Positions 1-12,272 are shown, counted from the first letter of the stretch. The stretch: DNA of 64,000 nucleotides from Flavobacteriaceae bacterium (GCA_947457615.1 CANGWK010000001.1:79044-143043); one strand, 5' to 3'. Notes: generated from the letters alone by a model not told the origin. Program-made: numbers and translations.

Positions 1-498
1 ACCGGAAATCATTGCATGATCTCCAACATGAATAAATTGGTGCAATGCAGCCAATCCACCTATAATAGCATAATTTCCTACAATTACGTGACCCGCCAAC
101 GCAACACCATTAACGATAATAGCATAATCGCCAATATGACAATCGTGAGCAATATGAGCTGTTGCCATGATAAGACAATTATTTCCAATCTTAGTTTGAC
201 CTGAAGCAATAGTTCCTCTATTAATGGTAACACATTCTCTAACAGTAGTATTATCTCCAATTATTGCAAGAGAATCTTCGCCGCCAAATTTTAAATCTTG
301 GGGAATTGCAGAAATTACTGCTCCCGGAAAAATATTACAATTTTTACCTATTCGAGCACCTTCCATAATGGTAACGTTAGAACCTATCCAGGTTCCTTCA
401 CCAATCTCTACATTATTATGAATGGTTGTAAAGGGTTCAATTACAACGTTTTTTGCGATTTTAGCGCCTGGATGAACATATGCTAATGGTTGATTCAT
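1..498 (-). CDS. lpxA: Acyl-ACP--UDP-N-acetylglucosamine O-acyltransferase (5' part; runs off window start)
   Basis: Not in the ORF track. My minus-strand translation from ATG at 498: [33 protein letters not shown]...PQDLKFGGE...HIAHDC. Hexapeptide repeats and LpxA motifs; directly downstream of lpxC/fabZ. Confidence 0.95.
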   Translation of the reverse strand, partial: MNQPLAYVHPGAKIAKNVVIEPFTTIHNNVEIGEGTWIGSNVTIMEGARIGKNCNIFPGAVISAIPQDLKFGGEDSLAIIGDNTTVRECVTINRGTIASGQTKIGNNCLIMATAHIAHDCHIGDYAIIVNGVALAGHVIVGNYAIIGGLAALHQFIHVGDHAMISG

Positions 499-566
499 AT
501 TTATTTATTTTTTGTGGTGGAAATCTGATATAGTTATTATCCCAATAATCAAAATTTACAACCTCT

Positions 567-1955
567 TTATTGTTTTTTAGCTATTTGAGCCATTAATTCA
601 GCTTCGGCCACTAATCTTCCATTTGCATAAGCATTAGCTTGCATGTGACAAATCCCTCTTCTAATAGGGGTAATTAAATCGCATTTAAATAGTAGTGTAT
701 CACCTGGCAATACTTTATGTTTGAATTTCACATTATCAATTTTCATAAAATAAGTTAAATAATTCTCTGGGTCTGGAACGGTGCTTAACACTAAGATTCC
801 ACCCGATTGCGCCATAGCTTCTACAATTAAAACCCCCGGCATAACTGGAGCATCTGGAAAATGACCCATAAAGAAATTTTCATTCATAGTTACATTTTTC
901 ATTCCAACAACATGTGAGCTTGACATTTCTATGATTCTATCAATCAATAAAAATGGTGGTCTGTGCGGCAAGATATTCATAATTTGGTGAATATCCATTA
1001 ATGGAGGTAAATTTAAATCATAAACCGGAACGTAATTCTTTTGCTCAATTTTAATAATTTTAGCCATTTTTTTTGCAAACTGAGTATTTACAAAATGACC
1101 TGGTTTATTGGCAATTACTTTTCCTTTGAGACGAATTCCTATTAAAGCTAAATCGCCAATAACATCCAGCAATTTATGACGAGCTGCTTCGTTTGGATAA
1201 TGCAATGTGAGGTTATCTAAAATTCCGTTTTCTTTAACTGATATTTGGTCTTTACCAAATGCTTTTTTAAGACTTTCCATAGTTTCTGTGGAAATCTCTT
1301 TATCAACATAAACTATAGCATTGTTTAAATCACCTCCTTTTATCAATCCCTCATTTAATAAACTTTCTAATTCATGTAAGAAACTAAAAGTTCTGGCATT
1401 GGAGATTTCAGTTTTAAAATCGGCGATATTTTTTAGTGTTGCATTTTGAGTCCCTAATACTTTAGTCCCAAAATCTACCATTGCAGTTACCTGATAATCA
1501 TCCGATGGCATAACAATAATTTCACTTCCAGTTGCTTCGTCTAAAAAAGAAATAACTTCTTTTACTACATAATATTTACGTTCCGCATCTTGTTCAACTA
1601 CGCCTGCCTTTTCGATAGCTTCTACAAAAAACTTAGAAGATCCATCCATTATTGGGGGTTCAGACTCATTTAATTCGATGATAACATTATCTACATCAAG
1701 ACCCACAAATGCAGCTAAAACATGCTCGGATGTTTGTATTTTAACTCCTAATTTTTCTAGGTTTGTTCCGCGTTGGGTATTCACTACATAGTTAGCATCC
1801 GCTTCAATGATAGGGCTTCCCTCTAAATCAACTCTTACAAAAGTAAAACCGTTATTAATTGGAGCTGGTTTAAAAGTCATTGTAACTTCTTTTCCTGTAT
1901 GTAATCCAACCCCTGTTAGTGAAATTTCACTTTTGATGGTTTTTTGCTTCACCAT
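567..1955 (-). CDS. lpxC: Bifunctional LpxC / FabZ
   Basis: N-terminal KQKTI..GVGLHTG, EHVLAA, HKLLDVIGDL (LpxC); C-terminal LPHRPPFLLIDR, GHFPDAPVMPGVLIVEAMAQ (FabZ). The fusion is typical of Bacteroidota. Confidence 0.97.
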   Translation of the reverse strand: MVKQKTIKSEISLTGVGLHTGKEVTMTFKPAPINNGFTFVRVDLEGSPIIEADANYVVNTQRGTNLEKLGVKIQTSEHVLAAFVGLDVDNVIIELNESEPPIMDGSSKFFVEAIEKAGVVEQDAERKYYVVKEVISFLDEATGSEIIVMPSDDYQVTAMVDFGTKVLGTQNATLKNIADFKTEISNARTFSFLHELESLLNEGLIKGGDLNNAIVYVDKEISTETMESLKKAFGKDQISVKENGILDNLTLHYPNEAARHKLLDVIGDLALIGIRLKGKVIANKPGHFVNTQFAKKMAKIIKIEQKNYVPVYDLNLPPLMDIHQIMNILPHRPPFLLIDRIIEMSSSHVVGMKNVTMNENFFMGHFPDAPVMPGVLIVEAMAQSGGILVLSTVPDPENYLTYFMKIDNVKFKHKVLPGDTLLFKCDLITPIRRGICHMQANAYANGRLVAEAELMAQIAKKQ

Positions 1956-1979
1956 AATTAATGTTATTGTTATAAATTT

Positions 1980-2999
1980 TTATTCTAATTTCTTTTTTAA
2001 TGCATCTAAATCATTTACAATTTTAGGCAAGTTTCTAAAATGAACAAATGATTTACTAAAATCTGCATAATTAAATGCTGGTGATCCTTGTACAATTTCA
2101 CCATCTTTTAGAGATTTTCCTATGCCTGATTGCGCTTGAATTCTCACATTATCACCAATTGTTATATGTCCTGCAACACCTACTTGCCCTCCGATCATAC
2201 AATTTTTACCAACTTTTGTAGAACCGGCAATACCAGTTTGCGCGGCAATAACGGTGTTTTCGCCAATTTCTACATTATGTGCAATTTGTATTTGATTGTC
2301 TAATTTAACCCCTTTTCGAATAATTGTTGAACCCATTGTAGCCCGATCAATAGTTGTACAAGAACCAATTTCAACATCGTCCTCAAAAATAACATTCCCA
2401 ATTTGTGGAATTTTGCTGAAAGTACCATCGTCATGTGGAGCAAAGCCAAATCCATCTGATCCAACAATTGCCCCAGAATGAATTACACAATTATTACCTA
2501 TTTCGGTTTCGGAATATATTCGAACCCCTGCGAAAAAAATACAATTATTGCCAATAATTACATTATCACCAATGTAAGTGTTTGGGTAAATTTTTACATT
2601 ATTACCAATTTTCACATTCTTGCCAACATAACAAAAACTCCCTAAATACAAGTCATCCCCGTAGGTTACGCTTTCTGAAATTACCGATGGTTGCTCGATT
2701 CCAGATTTCATTAATTTAACTTGATTGTAGTATTCTAATAGTTTGGAAAAAGATTGGTAGGCATCATCTACTTTTATTAAAGTAGTTAATATAGGTTGTT
2801 CTGGTTCAAAGCTATTATTTACAATAGTAATAGTAGCCTGAGTAGAATAAATATAATTTTGATATTTTGGATTCGACAAAAAAGTAAGCGAGCCAATTGA
2901 ACCTTCTTCAATTTTAGATAATTTATAAACTTCCGCATTAGGATTACCTACTACTTCTCCGTCTAATATCCCCGCAATTTGCTCTGCTGTGAATTTCAT
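1980..2999 (-). CDS. lpxD: UDP-3-O-acylglucosamine N-acyltransferase LpxD (copy 1)
   Basis: Hexapeptide repeats, [29 protein letters not shown]; sits in the lpx operon. Confidence 0.96.
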   Translation of the reverse strand: MKFTAEQIAGILDGEVVGNPNAEVYKLSKIEEGSIGSLTFLSNPKYQNYIYSTQATITIVNNSFEPEQPILTTLIKVDDAYQSFSKLLEYYNQVKLMKSGIEQPSVISESVTYGDDLYLGSFCYVGKNVKIGNNVKIYPNTYIGDNVIIGNNCIFFAGVRIYSETEIGNNCVIHSGAIVGSDGFGFAPHDDGTFSKIPQIGNVIFEDDVEIGSCTTIDRATMGSTIIRKGVKLDNQIQIAHNVEIGENTVIAAQTGIAGSTKVGKNCMIGGQVGVAGHITIGDNVRIQAQSGIGKSLKDGEIVQGSPAFNYADFSKSFVHFRNLPKIVNDLDALKKKLE

Positions 3000-3111
3000 T
3001 TATTTAAATTATATATTTTATTCTAACTTTATTGAGCAAGCATTTCTTATGATTTTCTGCAACATTAATGCTCTTTTTAGAGTTGCAAAAATATAAAATT
3101 AAATTTAAACA

Positions 3112-4347
3112 CTAAGTGTCTAATAACACTTTTGGAAAACAGACAAAATATTTGGTAACTGCTTTAGATAGAGCTCTTACCTGTAATTGATCTGATGAGT
3201 CTGATAAATTTTCAATCGTGTCGTCTTTTTTTAATATACTAATAGGTTCACTTTGCTTATTATATGCTTGATTTTTTAATTTTCCTTTAAAAACAAAATA
3301 GGCTGCTTCTTTGTCGGAAATGGAATACAAAGTAATTAATTTATTTTTATAGTTAAGTAATTTCTCCGTATCTGATTTTTCATCAAGCAGAATTATCTTT
3401 AATAAATCACGATTAATAATCATCTTACTTAGTGAACTTAACACAAAATCAGAATGGAATTGCCATGATTTTATTGCTCCCAAAACATCATAATCATCTA
3501 ATAATGCAAATATTTTCAATGCATCTTCATCGAACGAAGTTAGGGATATCTTATTATTTAAAAAGAAAGAAAGTGGCTCACTACAAGATAAAACAATGCC
3601 TCTTTGAGTCAACTCTTTGGCTCTTTTTAATATTTTAGTGAGTGTCATTTCTGCAACTACTGATGTTTTGTGAAGATAGACTTGCCAATACATAAGTCTT
3701 CTAGAAACCAGAAATTTTTCTACTGAATAAATTCCTTTTTCTTCAATAACTAATGCATCATTTCGCACATTCATCATCTGAATCAATCGGTCGCTGTTAA
3801 TATTTCCTTCCGCCACACCGCTATAAAAACTATCCCGTTTTAAATAGTCCATCCTATCCATATCAAGTTGACTGGATATTAATTGCAGCATAAATTTTCG
3901 ATGGTATTCTCCTTTAAAAATTTTAATGGCTAAATCTAATTTTCCTTCAAATTCATTGTTCAAAGCATTCATGAATATTAAGGAGATTTCTTCATGATGC
4001 ACCTCTTCCACTATACTGTTTTCCATAGCATGACTAAAAGGGCCATGGCCAATATCGTGCAATAAAATAGCTATGAAAAGTGCGTTTTCTTCTTCATTTG
4101 AAATTGCAATACCTTTAAAACGAAGTGTTTGTACTGCTTTTTGCATAATATGCATACAACCTAGTGCATGATGAAACCTAGTGTGGTGTGCACCAGGATA
4201 AACCAAATAGGACATTCCCATTTGGGAGATCCTTCGTAAACGCTGAAAATAGGGATGTTGAATTAAATCGTAAATTAAAATATTTGGAATTGAAATGAAA
4301 CCATATATAGGATCATTGAAAATCTTAAGCTTATTGGTATCACTCAC
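3112..4347 (-). CDS. HD-domain phosphohydrolase (dNTP triphosphohydrolase-like)
   Basis: DPIYG, FQRLRRISQMG, HTRFHHALG, LLHDIGHGPFSH, LDMDRMDYL; GTG start. Confidence 0.9.
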   Translation of the reverse strand: MSDTNKLKIFNDPIYGFISIPNILIYDLIQHPYFQRLRRISQMGMSYLVYPGAHHTRFHHALGCMHIMQKAVQTLRFKGIAISNEEENALFIAILLHDIGHGPFSHAMENSIVEEVHHEEISLIFMNALNNEFEGKLDLAIKIFKGEYHRKFMLQLISSQLDMDRMDYLKRDSFYSGVAEGNINSDRLIQMMNVRNDALVIEEKGIYSVEKFLVSRRLMYWQVYLHKTSVVAEMTLTKILKRAKELTQRGIVLSCSEPLSFFLNNKISLTSFDEDALKIFALLDDYDVLGAIKSWQFHSDFVLSSLSKMIINRDLLKIILLDEKSDTEKLLNYKNKLITLYSISDKEAAYFVFKGKLKNQAYNKQSEPISILKKDDTIENLSDSSDQLQVRALSKAVTKYFVCFPKVLLDT

Positions 4348-4496
4348 AAAAATAACTATTTAAGTTTACACAAATATAGTCATTTTTAAAAAAACAAACA
4401 AATAGTTTGTTTTACTACAAACAAGATAAGCAGCTATTGAAGATCTAGAGCATTAATTACTAATAAAGTCATTATTAATTTATAGTCTTAAAATTG

Positions 4497-4524
4497 AAAA
4501 AACCTGACTTGAAAATCAGGTTTT
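4497..4524 (-). terminator. Intrinsic terminator after the kinase gene
   Basis: AAAACCTGA-N8-TCAGGTTTT, with an A-run giving a U-tract on the minus strand. Confidence 0.7.
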
Positions 4525-4529
4525 AAATG

Positions 4530-5381
4530 TTAGTTATTAATTAAGTGGTAGGCAATTAAACCATCAATTGGTCTTCGTAGCACGTTACCAATTTTAATAT
4601 TGTGTTTGGTTAAAACTTCTATTAATTCTTCTTTTAAATAAAAAGCTATTGAACCTACAAAATGAACAGGTATTTTAGTATAATTATCAAATTGTTTTAT
4701 GTAATTTTCTACAAAATCCTCCATTTCAGCATAGATGTATTTTTTACAAAATTCGGTATCTTTATGTTTGATCAAAAATTTAGCAAACATTGCCAAATAT
4801 GCATTAGGATTTGGTTGTTTATATAGGTTATTTTTTATAAAATCGGCATCCAAATTATATTCTTCTTCAAATTCTGAAGCCAAATCTTTGGGCATTTTGT
4901 TAAAATAGTAACCACGTAATAAATGACGACCAAAACGGTTTCCAGCACAATCGTCCATTGCAATATATCCTAAAGATTGTACTTTTTGGTGCAGCACTTC
5001 TCCATCAAAATAACTACAATTAGATCCAGTTCCTAAAATACAAACAATTGCTTCTTCGTCTTTGGGTGTAGTAGCATAAACTGCTGCGAAAGTATCTTCA
5101 TGAACAGAAACAGAGGCATGAACAAAATATTCTTTGAATACTAAAGAAAGAAAATTTTTCATTCTGTCAGTTCCACAACCTGCGCCATAAAAAAATAAAT
5201 GAGTAGCTTTATCTTTATTGTGTGAAATATCAAATTTATCTTCCAAGCGGGTAACAATTTCTTCTTTATTTAAAACTTCGGGGTTTAATCCTAAAGTTTG
5301 AGTAGTGAAAAGCACTTTACCGTTATCATCAATTGCAATCCAATCGGCCTTAGTAGATCCGCTATCAACTAATAATTTCAT
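4530..5381 (-). CDS. BadF/BadG-type sugar kinase (N-acetylglucosamine kinase-like)
   Basis: LLVDSGSTKADW, FYGAGCG, CILGTGSN, SLGYIAMDD, HFVGSIA: ASKHA kinase motifs. Confidence 0.85.
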   Translation of the reverse strand: MKLLVDSGSTKADWIAIDDNGKVLFTTQTLGLNPEVLNKEEIVTRLEDKFDISHNKDKATHLFFYGAGCGTDRMKNFLSLVFKEYFVHASVSVHEDTFAAVYATTPKDEEAIVCILGTGSNCSYFDGEVLHQKVQSLGYIAMDDCAGNRFGRHLLRGYYFNKMPKDLASEFEEEYNLDADFIKNNLYKQPNPNAYLAMFAKFLIKHKDTEFCKKYIYAEMEDFVENYIKQFDNYTKIPVHFVGSIAFYLKEELIEVLTKHNIKIGNVLRRPIDGLIAYHLINN

Positions 5382-5405
5382 TCGTATAGAGGTATTTTTG
5401 GTTAT

Positions 5406-5441
5406 AAAAATCCCGCTCCAAAAAATTGAAGCGGGATTTTT
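5406..5441 (-). terminator. Intrinsic terminator after gap
   Basis: AAAAATCCCGCT-N12-AGCGGGATTTTT. Confidence 0.8.
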
Positions 5442-5448
5442 CGATTAA

Positions 5449-6462
<1,014 letters not shown>

Positions 6463-6483
6463 TTATGTTATATTTTATTATTT

Positions 6484-7470
6484 TTAAGTGGTCATAATAT
6501 CAGACACTCTAAGTAGTTCAATATCTATCTCTGTATTTCCTTTTATAGCTTGTTCTAAAGGGGTTAAGGATATTTTATCATTAAGTATTCCAACCATGTA
6601 ATTAGATTTTCCTTCTAATATTGATTCCACTGCTTTTACGCCCAATCTACTTGCTAAAACTCTATCAAAACAAGATGGCGAACCACCACGTTGCATGTGT
6701 CCTAAAACTGAAACTCGTATATCATATTCTGGAAAGTTTTCTTCAATGTAATCTTTTAATTCGAAAACATTTTTTCCAATCTTATCTCCTTCGGCAATCA
6801 CTACAATACTTGAGGATTTTCCAGACGCTTTACTTTTTCTTAATGATTCTAGTAGTCTTTCTAAACCTAAATTTTCTTCGGGAATTAGAATTTCTTCAGC
6901 TCCTGCACCAATTCCTGCATTTAAGGCAATGTGACCTGCGTCTCTACCCATTACTTCAACCAGAAAAAGTCTATTGTGGGAACTTGCAGTATCTCGTATT
7001 TTATCAATACAATCAACAACTGTATTTAGTGCTGTATCAAAACCAAGAGTATAAGTGGTTCCATAAATATCATTATCTATTGTCCCTGGAATACCAATAA
7101 CAGGAAAACCATATTCACTATTAAATACCTCCGCACCAGTAAAACTTCCGTCTCCACCAATTACAATAAATGCTTCAATGCCGGAGGCGGTAAGACTATC
7201 ATAAGCTTTTTTACGACCTTCAACAGTCATAAATTCTTTTGACCGTGCTGATTTTAATATTGTGCCACCTTTATTGATGATATTATTAACCGATCGAGGG
7301 CCCATTTCTTTAAAATCTCCTTCAATCATGCCTTGATAACCTCTGTAAATTCCAACACATTCAATATTATAAAAAGCACAGGTTCGAGCGACAGATCTAA
7401 TAGCAGCATTCATTCCTGGAGAATCGCCTCCTGAAGTTAAAACTCCTATTTTTTTTATTTTTTTGGACAT
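6484..7470 (-). CDS. pfkA: ATP-dependent 6-phosphofructokinase
   Basis: LTSGGDSPGMNA, IGGDGS, PGTIDND, EVMGR, LGHMQRGG. Confidence 0.98.
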   Translation of the reverse strand: MSKKIKKIGVLTSGGDSPGMNAAIRSVARTCAFYNIECVGIYRGYQGMIEGDFKEMGPRSVNNIINKGGTILKSARSKEFMTVEGRKKAYDSLTASGIEAFIVIGGDGSFTGAEVFNSEYGFPVIGIPGTIDNDIYGTTYTLGFDTALNTVVDCIDKIRDTASSHNRLFLVEVMGRDAGHIALNAGIGAGAEEILIPEENLGLERLLESLRKSKASGKSSSIVVIAEGDKIGKNVFELKDYIEENFPEYDIRVSVLGHMQRGGSPSCFDRVLASRLGVKAVESILEGKSNYMVGILNDKISLTPLEQAIKGNTEIDIELLRVSDIMTT

Positions 7471-7615
7471 TTTTTTATTTTAAAATGTAAATTTAACAAA
7501 GAATAAGCATATAAAATTCGAGATTAATAAATAATTTACTAATAAGAAAAATTAAATCGTTTTCGTTGATAAGTTTTGATTTAGTAGAATGATTATTAAA
7601 ACAGAGTAAATACTT

Positions 7616-10600
7616 CTAATCCAATTTCCCTTCTCTATTAGGAAGAATTTTTTCTTTCGTTTTTTTGGAACCAGAATTTTCTTTATCCATATTTATGTAA
7701 CTAGGTAATATTTTAGGAGTTTCGGAAGGGATTTCTGATTTATTTTCTTTTACGATATCAATCTTTGTTTTCTTAAAAATCTTATTAACTAAATCTTTAA
7801 AGGTGTCAAAATCAACTTCATAGGAAATACCAGCGCCTTGAGTATATCCAATACCTTGACCTATGTAATTTATATCATTTTCTTTATTAAAAATTCTTAA
7901 GTTTAAAGATCCATCTTCGTTTACGCGATAAAGCATTTCAAAATTTCCTACAATTGCAGTTTCTGAAATTCCTCCTGTTGGAACCCCCACCTTACCATTT
8001 ATTGTAATTCGCTCATTTATCTGAGTTGAAATAGATGCAACTACTCTGCCATCCGTGGGTTTTAAGGCAGTTCTGTCTGCAGCAGTGTAGGTAACTTCTA
8101 CATTCATTTTACCTTCTTTGTCGTTAAAAATATCACCAAATAATGCCGATGCTTTTTCATAAAAACTATTGGTTACTTGGGATTGACTTAGACCTTCTTG
8201 ACTCAAGAACCCGCCAGTTGAAAGTAAATAAATTGCTTGTGTTTGACGAATGTCTTTATCTCCAAGTTTTGTTTCTATTTCCGATTTTATTACAGAACTA
8301 ACATTTGGAAAATTAATATTAAAATCGGGTTCCGGATTTGTGATTGTTCCTTTTAATCCAATTACAACTTCAACTGGTATTTTTTTATTAAAAGAAGCAT
8401 TATCAATCAATACCGCTGGATTAGCTGTAATATTTTTGGAAACTGCTTCTAAGTTTAAAATTGCTTTATATGGGTTTCCTTCCCAAACAATTGAACCATA
8501 TTTTTTTACTGTAAATTGTTTATCTATTAATCCTCCATATTTGAAATTATAAGATCCTTCCCAAACCTGAAAGTCACCAAACATTTCAAATTTTCCAAGG
8601 GTGTTTATACTCATATTCAAGGTGCCTTTACCCTTACCTTTCATACCATGCCCAGAATCTCTATTTAAAATAACCTCAATTGATGCATTAGGTTCTATAG
8701 CTAATTCAAAATTCATTTGAAGTCCATTATAATTTTTAATAAACTCAGATTCTTTGTTTTCCGTACCGTATTTTTCTGCTTTAGTTAAAAAATGCAAGTA
8801 ATTATTATCGCTAATTGCGCTAGCATCGTTAATTGGTATTTTAATATCTGTACCATTTCCAGATTTAGCATTTACCTCAATTGACAATCCACTTGTTGGT
8901 CCTTTTATAGTAGCACTTCCGTCAATAAAGGCGGTTCCAAAATAAGCAACATCTTCATGGTCTTTAGTATTTAAAGCTAAAATCCTATCTGAATCAATAG
9001 ACAAATCTAACTCCCAATCTCCAAATTGCTTGTGTTTGATAAAGCCTTCAATATTTCCTGATGTATTGAATTTAGAATCATATAATTGCGTTTTTTCAAC
9101 AATGAATTTATTTTGTGTAATAGCTACTGCAGAGTGATCTTTAATTTTATAATCTACATTTAAATACGGAATGGATAGTCCCGCTTTGTCTACAAATAAT
9201 TTTCCTGAGTAGTTAATATCGTTTACATTTCCTTTAATCCTAGCGTCTCCTGATGCAAATCCTCGTATGTTAGATATAACATCTCCTCCTAAATTACTCA
9301 AAATACCTAGATTAAAACTTTCAAAATTTAAATTCAAATCTAATAAAGTTTCATTATTTACAATTTCTAAATTACCATCTGCACTGAACGATTTTAAATT
9401 ATTATTTTCTATTTTTGAGATAATATCGAATTTCGAAAAATCATTATTTCCTTTAATATTCAGATTTAAATCTCCTAAATCATTATCATTTATTCGTAAA
9501 TTTTTAATTTCCAAATTTGCAGTTGGCTGGTAGGTTGAGTTTTTTTGCTTTAAGAATACTTGACCGTCTATGTTACCATCAAACTTGAATTTTTCGATAT
9601 TCGGAGTAACCTTATTTAAATCAACATTTTTAAAAGTTAATTCTAAGTCTTTATTATTAATATCATTAATCAGTCCAGTTATTTGCATTGATTGGTTTTC
9701 ATGAGAAACATATATGTCATCAAATGAAAAATTCTTAAATCCTTTATCAAAAACTATTTTATTTTTATCGTTATCATTTTCGTTAATATACCATAGAAAA
9801 TCCTTAAACATCATTTCCGACTTACTAAAACCAATTATATTTAGGTTGTCTTTATTTATGGTGTGGTACATGTTTAAATTATAAAAATCAGTCCCCTTCT
9901 CACCTCCTTTAAATTCAGTTCTAAAAGAGAGTGTATCCTTAGAAGTTGAATTAATCATTGAAAAATCTCGGACTTTATACCTTTCTGTTTTTATACTATC
10001 CATTTGCACATAAATATTATACAGTGGATTTTTATTGTCAATTTCTAATTGAACTTTATCTAAATGAACATTAAATGCTTCAATACTATTTGAAGAGAAT
10101 TTTAATTTAAAATCATTATCATCCCCTTTTATTTGACCATTTATAACGACACTATCATCCAAGGAAATCTTTGGATTTAAAATTTCAATTAGATTATTAA
10201 ACTGAGAAAAATTGAATTTTATGTATTGTCCTTTTTTTAATACATTAGGTTTGTAATTGGTGTAAAGGCTCCCTAATGAATTTTGCACTAACTTTTGAAT
10301 TTGAGAAAACTCAAACTTTCCTTGAAGCTGTCCATTCATTTCATTTGGCGAATACAAGGAAATTGTGTGTTCATTAGCACTATCAAAACTAGAGTTTATA
10401 GTTAGATTATCAAAGAAATAAATGTCCTTTATGTTCTGATATGAGGCATTTGTAATTAATACATCTCCTTTCATAGTGTCCAAAGTATTTCCAGAAACTT
10501 TCATAACTATATCTCCTTTAAAAACAGATATAGAATCTTCAAGGAAATTTAATCTTTTTAAATTCGCATAATCTACTTTAGCATGAAAATCAAAAATTTT

Positions 10601-12142
10601 ATCTTTTTTACTTAAATCTACATTTCCATCAAAATCTAGAAATAAATTAGGATCGTTAATATTTATTTTCCCTTTAAAAATAGGTTTCTTTATAGCGCCA
10701 TCAGCTAAAATATTTTTATAATTGTAACCGTTATATTCTATATTTTGAATTTCTCCTGAAAACTTTGTATCGAGATATTTTTCGTTAAATCCTTTTCCAT
10801 CAACATCTAAATTAAGACTTGTAAATCCTAAATCGTTTCGGTTTAAAAAACTACCTATATTAAATTTATCTAGTATAACATTTCCTGAATAGGAAGCATT
10901 ATCTATAAAATTCAAATTTGTCATTTCCAATTTAGAGTTGATCGTTCCTAGTTTAGTGTATAATTTAAAATCAGTATAGAGGGTTGTTAAAGTAACTTCG
11001 GCTTTGCCAATTAAATTAAATTGACCAAGTTTCTTTAAAGAGGATGGCAAATTTTTTCCTAAAACGTTTGGCAATAATATAATTAAATCATCATAATTAG
11101 AACTCACTTTTGCAAATGAACCTTTCATGTAGAATTCACCTTTTCCTTTTTTAGCAAAAAGGTTTTTAAAGTTTACCGTGCCTGAAATAATTGAGTTTTT
11201 AGTGTCTTTTAAATACAAATGCCTGGCAGTGAAATCATTCAAGGAACCATCAATTTTACCACTTAAAGTAAATTGTTGGTTTTTACCCAACTCATTATAA
11301 AAGTGTCTAATATCATTTGTAGATAAAGACGCATCTTTGGTAGTTACATCAAAAATAACTTTGTTGTTAAAATCTTTAAAATCTTTTATTTCGTATTTAA
11401 GAATAATAGCCCCTTTAAAAGTAGATTCAGCTGTTTTTAAATCAAGATTTTCTAAGCGTATATTCTTTTTGGTATAGGTGAATTTTGACTTTATATTTTC
11501 AATAAATAATCCTCTATGGTCCATAAAAGACATTTCATTAATGTTGGTGTAAACATTAGATCCTTTGATCATAAAATTGGAGACTACTGCATTTATTTTC
11601 GTGAAATCAACATCTAAAGGCACTTCTCGATTATAGTCAATTTCTCTAAATTTACAGTTTTTAAGAATCATCTTTTTGGATGTCATTAAGAATTTACCTG
11701 AGGTAGGCTTTCCATCATCAAATGCATCAATAAATTTATCCAAATTGGTATCCGTTTCTCCTTTATAGGTTTTTACATTTACAGTTAATTCATCTGCTGT
11801 AACATTGCCAAAAATTAAATTTCCATCCAATAACTTTTTAGTATCTAGAATACTCGTTATTATTCTTTTGGCATAAAATAGAGTATCTTTTTTTTGATCT
11901 TTTACTAGTACTTTTTTTAATTGAACTCCACCAAAAACTGTAACCTCTACTTTGTCTACATAAATGTTGGTACCGTATTTTTGGTTTAGATTTAAAGTAA
12001 TGTAATGGGCTATTCTAGTTTGAACAACTGGTAATGAAAGAGCAATACCTAGCGATAACAAAAGTAGAAGCAACACAATTATTGTGCTAAATACTATTTT
12101 TTTTAAGGTTTTAAATCGGGTGTTGGTTATTTTTTCTTTCAA
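7616..12142 (-). CDS. tamB: Translocation and assembly module TamB-like protein
   Basis: 1508 aa; N-terminal TM anchor, long beta-rich body, C-terminal DUF490-like region (WEGNPYKAILNLEA, GKVGVP..GNFEMLY, YTQGAGISY). TTG start uncertain. Confidence 0.85.
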   Translation of the reverse strand: MKEKITNTRFKTLKKIVFSTIIVLLLLLLSLGIALSLPVVQTRIAHYITLNLNQKYGTNIYVDKVEVTVFGGVQLKKVLVKDQKKDTLFYAKRIITSILDTKKLLDGNLIFGNVTADELTVNVKTYKGETDTNLDKFIDAFDDGKPTSGKFLMTSKKMILKNCKFREIDYNREVPLDVDFTKINAVVSNFMIKGSNVYTNINEMSFMDHRGLFIENIKSKFTYTKKNIRLENLDLKTAESTFKGAIILKYEIKDFKDFNNKVIFDVTTKDASLSTNDIRHFYNELGKNQQFTLSGKIDGSLNDFTARHLYLKDTKNSIISGTVNFKNLFAKKGKGEFYMKGSFAKVSSNYDDLIILLPNVLGKNLPSSLKKLGQFNLIGKAEVTLTTLYTDFKLYTKLGTINSKLEMTNLNFIDNASYSGNVILDKFNIGSFLNRNDLGFTSLNLDVDGKGFNEKYLDTKFSGEIQNIEYNGYNYKNILADGAIKKPIFKGKININDPNLFLDFDGNVDLSKKDKIFDFHAKVDYANLKRLNFLEDSISVFKGDIVMKVSGNTLDTMKGDVLITNASYQNIKDIYFFDNLTINSSFDSANEHTISLYSPNEMNGQLQGKFEFSQIQKLVQNSLGSLYTNYKPNVLKKGQYIKFNFSQFNNLIEILNPKISLDDSVVINGQIKGDDNDFKLKFSSNSIEAFNVHLDKVQLEIDNKNPLYNIYVQMDSIKTERYKVRDFSMINSTSKDTLSFRTEFKGGEKGTDFYNLNMYHTINKDNLNIIGFSKSEMMFKDFLWYINENDNDKNKIVFDKGFKNFSFDDIYVSHENQSMQITGLINDINNKDLELTFKNVDLNKVTPNIEKFKFDGNIDGQVFLKQKNSTYQPTANLEIKNLRINDNDLGDLNLNIKGNNDFSKFDIISKIENNNLKSFSADGNLEIVNNETLLDLNLNFESFNLGILSNLGGDVISNIRGFASGDARIKGNVNDINYSGKLFVDKAGLSIPYLNVDYKIKDHSAVAITQNKFIVEKTQLYDSKFNTSGNIEGFIKHKQFGDWELDLSIDSDRILALNTKDHEDVAYFGTAFIDGSATIKGPTSGLSIEVNAKSGNGTDIKIPINDASAISDNNYLHFLTKAEKYGTENKESEFIKNYNGLQMNFELAIEPNASIEVILNRDSGHGMKGKGKGTLNMSINTLGKFEMFGDFQVWEGSYNFKYGGLIDKQFTVKKYGSIVWEGNPYKAILNLEAVSKNITANPAVLIDNASFNKKIPVEVVIGLKGTITNPEPDFNINFPNVSSVIKSEIETKLGDKDIRQTQAIYLLSTGGFLSQEGLSQSQVTNSFYEKASALFGDIFNDKEGKMNVEVTYTAADRTALKPTDGRVVASISTQINERITINGKVGVPTGGISETAIVGNFEMLYRVNEDGSLNLRIFNKENDINYIGQGIGYTQGAGISYEVDFDTFKDLVNKIFKKTKIDIVKENKSEIPSETPKILPSYINMDKENSGSKKTKEKILPNREGKLD

Positions 12143-12264
12143 AATTTATTTCGTTTTGAAACTTCCATTAGTAACAAACGTAATCAAAATATCTTACTTT
12201 AACTAAAAGCCTATTCTTTACAAAACAAAAAAACCTAGTTATTGTTGCTATATCTCTAAAATAG

Positions 12265-12272
12265 TTACTTTT
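12265..12272 (+). promoter_or_regulatory. Bacteroidota sigma70 -7 element upstream of tsaD
   Basis: TACTTTTG matches TAnnTTTG, about 65 nt before the start. Confidence 0.5.

Noticed and set aside
16-486. Three short plus-strand ORFs
   Set aside because: Antisense shadows of lpxA, which reads cleanly on the minus strand.
6621-7100. 159-aa plus-strand ORF
   Set aside because: Lies wholly antisense to pfkA; no motifs.
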